NCBI GenBank assembly: GCA_044226015.1
Contig: JBGAHS010000004.1
Coordinates: 608,001 to 672,000 of the forward strand
DNA: 64,000 nt
From: Candidatus Obscuribacteraceae bacterium
Lineage (GTDB): Bacteria > Cyanobacteriota > Vampirovibrionia > Obscuribacterales > Obscuribacteraceae
Reading direction: 5' to 3'
Positions 60,969 to 64,000 of this stretch are shown in pieces. Below the pieces are notes generated by a model. It did no database searches, was not told the origin of the DNA, and saw nothing but the letters and a program-made list of their open reading frames with translations. The first letter of the stretch is position 1, and each line of letters starts with the position of its first letter. The position numbers and the translations under genes were made by a program.

Positions 60969-61143
60969 CCCTTCTTGTATTTTTCTGCCCTATCAGTAGC
61001 TGCACTTCATTTGCTACTGGTTTTGTTTTTTTGCAGCCTTTAATGACAACCGTGTTCTATTTACATCGCAAATTTGGATGTACTACCTATGCCATGATTC
61101 TGTATATCTTCTTATCTGCTTCGACAACCAATTGATATAAAAG

Positions 61144-62061
61144 GTGGCAGATATCTGGAAAAATTTGAGTTGTCACACTTTCCTCAATGACCAGTGGTCA
61201 GGGAGCTCGACCAACTTGAGTAAACCAGAAACTGCGGAATCCAAACTCCCTATTAGTCAGCGTGAGCTGATCATCTTTACCCTCTCTGACTCCAGCGGAG
61301 AAACAGCCGCGCATGTGGCTCAAGCGGCTCTTGTTCAATTTCCCCCTGGGTTTGCAAGTATCTACAGATTGCCTCAGGTCCGTAGTTGCCAGCAGATAAC
61401 GACGTTGGTGCGCGAAATAGCAACCGGGCGCTCACTAATTGCGTATACATTGGTGCTCCCTGAGTATCGAGAAACACTGGAGGAAGAGGCAAGAAAATAC
61501 AATGTTCCGACCTTGGATTTGTTGGGACCACTAATCGGAAAGATTTCTGATTTGACTCAGAGTAACCCGCTATCGCAGCCTGGACGCTTACATCAACTAG
61601 ATGAGACGTATTTCCGCCGAATGGAAGCTGTGAACTTTGCCGTCCGATTTGACGATGGCAAAAATCCTGATGGTATAGCTCAAGCTGACGTAATTCTGGT
61701 TGGGCTGTCTCGCACTAGCAAGACACCGAACTGTATGTATTTAGCACAGCACTATGGACTCAAGTCAGCAAATTGCCCGATCGTCATGGGGGTTGACCCA
61801 CCGAAATCACTTTTCAATGTTCCAGCAAGAAAAATAATTGGTTTGACTTGTGACCCGCACTTGCTCCAAGATTTGCGCTCGTCGCGTGCGATGGTCATTG
61901 GTATGGGTCCAGATACCATTTATGCTGATCTGGAAGAGATTAAGCTCGAAGTCCAATACGCGAAGCGAATCTTCAGAGAATTGAAGTGTCATGTAATAGA
62001 TGTTTCTTCTAAGGCAATTGAGGAAATTTCCAGCGAAATATTCTGCTTCATGAGGCAATAG
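61144..62061 (+). CDS. ppsR: Pyruvate phosphate dikinase regulatory kinase/pyrophosphorylase (DUF299)
   Basis: SDSSGETA..AALVQF, YFRRMEAVNFAVRFDDG, ADVILVGLSRTSKTP, IDVSSKAIEE; next to ppdK. Start is uncertain. Confidence 0.92.
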   Translation: MADIWKNLSCHTFLNDQWSGSSTNLSKPETAESKLPISQRELIIFTLSDSSGETAAHVAQAALVQFPPGFASIYRLPQVRSCQQITTLVREIATGRSLIAYTLVLPEYRETLEEEARKYNVPTLDLLGPLIGKISDLTQSNPLSQPGRLHQLDETYFRRMEAVNFAVRFDDGKNPDGIAQADVILVGLSRTSKTPNCMYLAQHYGLKSANCPIVMGVDPPKSLFNVPARKIIGLTCDPHLLQDLRSSRAMVIGMGPDTIYADLEEIKLEVQYAKRIFRELKCHVIDVSSKAIEEISSEIFCFMRQ

Positions 62062-62156
62062 AAACAATACCGAGAGCAGCAATTGCAGCTCTCAACGGAA
62101 TGGCGTCACCGATTCAAACGCTCGGTCAGCAACTTCAGCAACGGAGAGAAATTGAA

Positions 62157-64000
62157 ATGCTAACAACAGAAGCCAGTCAACACGACAAAAAGCTGGGTTC
62201 GAAAAAGGTTTTATTGTTCTCGGAAGGATTCGATTACTTCTCAGGCAATCGGAGCCTTATGCGTGAGCTACTTGGTGGCAAAGGCGCGGGACTGGCTGAA
62301 ATGACATCTGCCGGTGTCAATGTTCCTCCAGGTATGACTCTTACGACTTCCCTCTGTCGCGAGTACTACGAGAATAACAAAAAAGTTCCGGAAACACTTT
62401 TGCCCGAGGTGAAAGAGACACTCAAGAATATTGAGGAAAGACTCGATCGAAAGTTAGGTGACAAGCAAAAACCTTTGCTCCTGTCTGTCCGCTCCGGAGC
62501 GAAGTTCTCGATGCCGGGAATGATGGATACCATCCTCAATCTCGGGCTGAATGATATCACTGTCGAAGCTTTGGGCAAGCTTACAAACAATCCGCGTTTC
62601 GCTTGGGACAGCTATCGCCGCTTCATCCAGATGTACTGCAATGTCGTTCTCGATCTCAGCAAAGATCGTTTCGAAGACATCTTACATGATAAAAAAGAGC
62701 ATCTAAAACTTGCCAATGATACTGATCTCACAGCGGAGCATCTCAAAGAGCTCGTTGCTGAATACAAAGACTTCGTCAAGAAGGAACGCAAGGTTGATTT
62801 CCCTCAAGACACAGATCTGCAGCTTGCTGGAGCTATCGAGGCTGTTTTCCGTTCATGGAACAATAGCCGCGCTATCTACTATCGCAATCTCAACAAGATT
62901 GATCACAACATCGGAACTGCTGTAAACATTCAAGCCATGGTGTTTGGTAATTTCGATGATACATCCGCGACTGGTGTCTGTTTTACGCGCAACCCCAGCG
63001 ATGGAACAAGATTGCTCTATGGTGAGTATCTCGTAAACGCTCAAGGTGAGGACGTTGTTGCCGGTATCCGCACCCCTAAGAAGATCGAAGAAATGAAGAA
63101 AGAGATGGCAACTGTATATGCGCAGTTAGAAGAAACTGCGATGAGACTCGAGCAGCACTACAAAGACATGCAGGATATCGAGTTCACAATCCAACAGGGC
63201 GAATTGTTCTTGCTTCAGACCAGAACCGGGAAGCGCACAGCTGCAGCTGCCATTAAGGTAGCCGTTGATATGGCTAACGATGGGATTATTTCAAAACAGA
63301 CTGCGTTGACTCGCGTTGAACCAACTCAACTGAATCAGCTACTTTTACCTAGTTTCGATCAAGCTGACAAAGAGAAAGCGAAGAAAGACGGTCGTCTGCT
63401 GGCCACAGGACTGAATGCCTCTCCTGGCGCAGCCATCGGAGAGATTGTTTTTGACCCAAGCGAGGCCGAACGACTTTCGACACTGTCAAAGAAAGTAATT
63501 CTGGTGCGAGTTGAAACTTGTCCTGATGATATTCACGGAATTGTTCCTGCTCAAGGTGTCGTCACCAGTCGTGGTGGCATGACCAGTCACGCTGCCGTAG
63601 TCGCAAGAGGCATGGGGAAACCCTGTGTAGCTGGATGTGAATCTTTCAAGGTAGATCTCGAAAAAGAAATTGTGAGTGTCAAGGACTTAACTCTTAAGGC
63701 TGGCGATTTGATTTCAATTGATGGATCAACTGGTGAGATTTACAAGGGCGCCATCGCGACGCTAGAGCCGAATCTAAGTCAAGAGTGTTTGACTCTTTTG
63801 AAGTGGGCAGACGAAACCAGAACACTGAAGATTCGGACAAATGCAGACACGCCTGAAGATGCGAAACGTGCTCGCGATTTCGGCGCAGAGGGAATTGGAC
63901 TTTGTCGAACAGAGCACATGTTCATGAGCCAGGACAGACTTCCCGCTGTTCAAGAGATGATCATGGCTACAAGCCCACTAGAGCGAGAACAAGCTCTCGC
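62157..64000 (+). CDS. ppdK: Pyruvate, phosphate dikinase, 3' end runs off the window
   Basis: Hand translation from ATG 62157: LLGGKGAGLAEM, SVRSGAKFSMPGMMDTILNLG, QAMVFGN, NAQGEDVVAGIRTP, GGMTSHAAVVARGMG (phospho-His), GIGLCRTEHMF. Confidence 0.97.
   Translation, partial: MLTTEASQHDKKLGSKKVLLFSEGFDYFSGNRSLMRELLGGKGAGLAEMTSAGVNVPPGMTLTTSLCREYYENNKKVPETLLPEVKETLKNIEERLDRKLGDKQKPLLLSVRSGAKFSMPGMMDTILNLGLNDITVEALGKLTNNPRFAWDSYRRFIQMYCNVVLDLSKDRFEDILHDKKEHLKLANDTDLTAEHLKELVAEYKDFVKKERKVDFPQDTDLQLAGAIEAVFRSWNNSRAIYYRNLNKIDHNIGTAVNIQAMVFGNFDDTSATGVCFTRNPSDGTRLLYGEYLVNAQGEDVVAGIRTPKKIEEMKKEMATVYAQLEETAMRLEQHYKDMQDIEFTIQQGELFLLQTRTGKRTAAAAIKVAVDMANDGIISKQTALTRVEPTQLNQLLLPSFDQADKEKAKKDGRLLATGLNASPGAAIGEIVFDPSEAERLSTLSKKVILVRVETCPDDIHGIVPAQGVVTSRGGMTSHAAVVARGMGKPCVAGCESFKVDLEKEIVSVKDLTLKAGDLISIDGSTGEIYKGAIATLEPNLSQECLTLLKWADETRTLKIRTNADTPEDAKRARDFGAEGIGLCRTEHMFMSQDRLPAVQEMIMATSPLEREQAL

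Noticed and set aside
61144..64000. ppsR-ppdK adjacency, and likewise mreBCD-mrdA and rodZ-rimO
   Set aside because: Well-known gene arrangements; not novel.

Overview
Bacterial chromosomal window, mostly housekeeping plus lineage-specific genes. It holds mreBCD-mrdA, ispF, a biotin carboxylase-BCCP fusion, hbd, a cyanobacterial-type hfq, metG, coaBC, rluB-rodZ-rimO, ppsR-ppdK, glycosyltransferases, a GH1 glucosidase, an S53 peptidase, a SWIM-ligase-WGR protein, TPR and Ser/Thr kinase proteins, and many low-complexity hypothetical proteins. The cyanobacterial-style Hfq and this gene content suggest a non-photosynthetic Cyanobacteriota relative (Vampirovibrionia/Obscuribacterales-like); this is inference only. 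I found no rRNA, tRNA or CRISPR array. The main unexplained structure is non-coding. About 59 copies (hand count) of one motif, AACT-N-AA-V-CGGTACCG with a palindromic core, lie in seven intergenic loci. Five are tandem arrays whose periods differ (119, 66, 33, 27/28 and 28 bp), one is a solo copy and one is an inverted doublet. The doublet and a perfect 23-bp-arm hairpin sit just downstream of an IS1595-transposase-derived gene that seems to have lost its DDE core and carries a DprA-like winged helix instead. Several unrelated minisatellites also fill intergenic gaps, and at least one starts inside the stop-codon region of its upstream gene. All product calls come from motif recognition by eye, not database searches.
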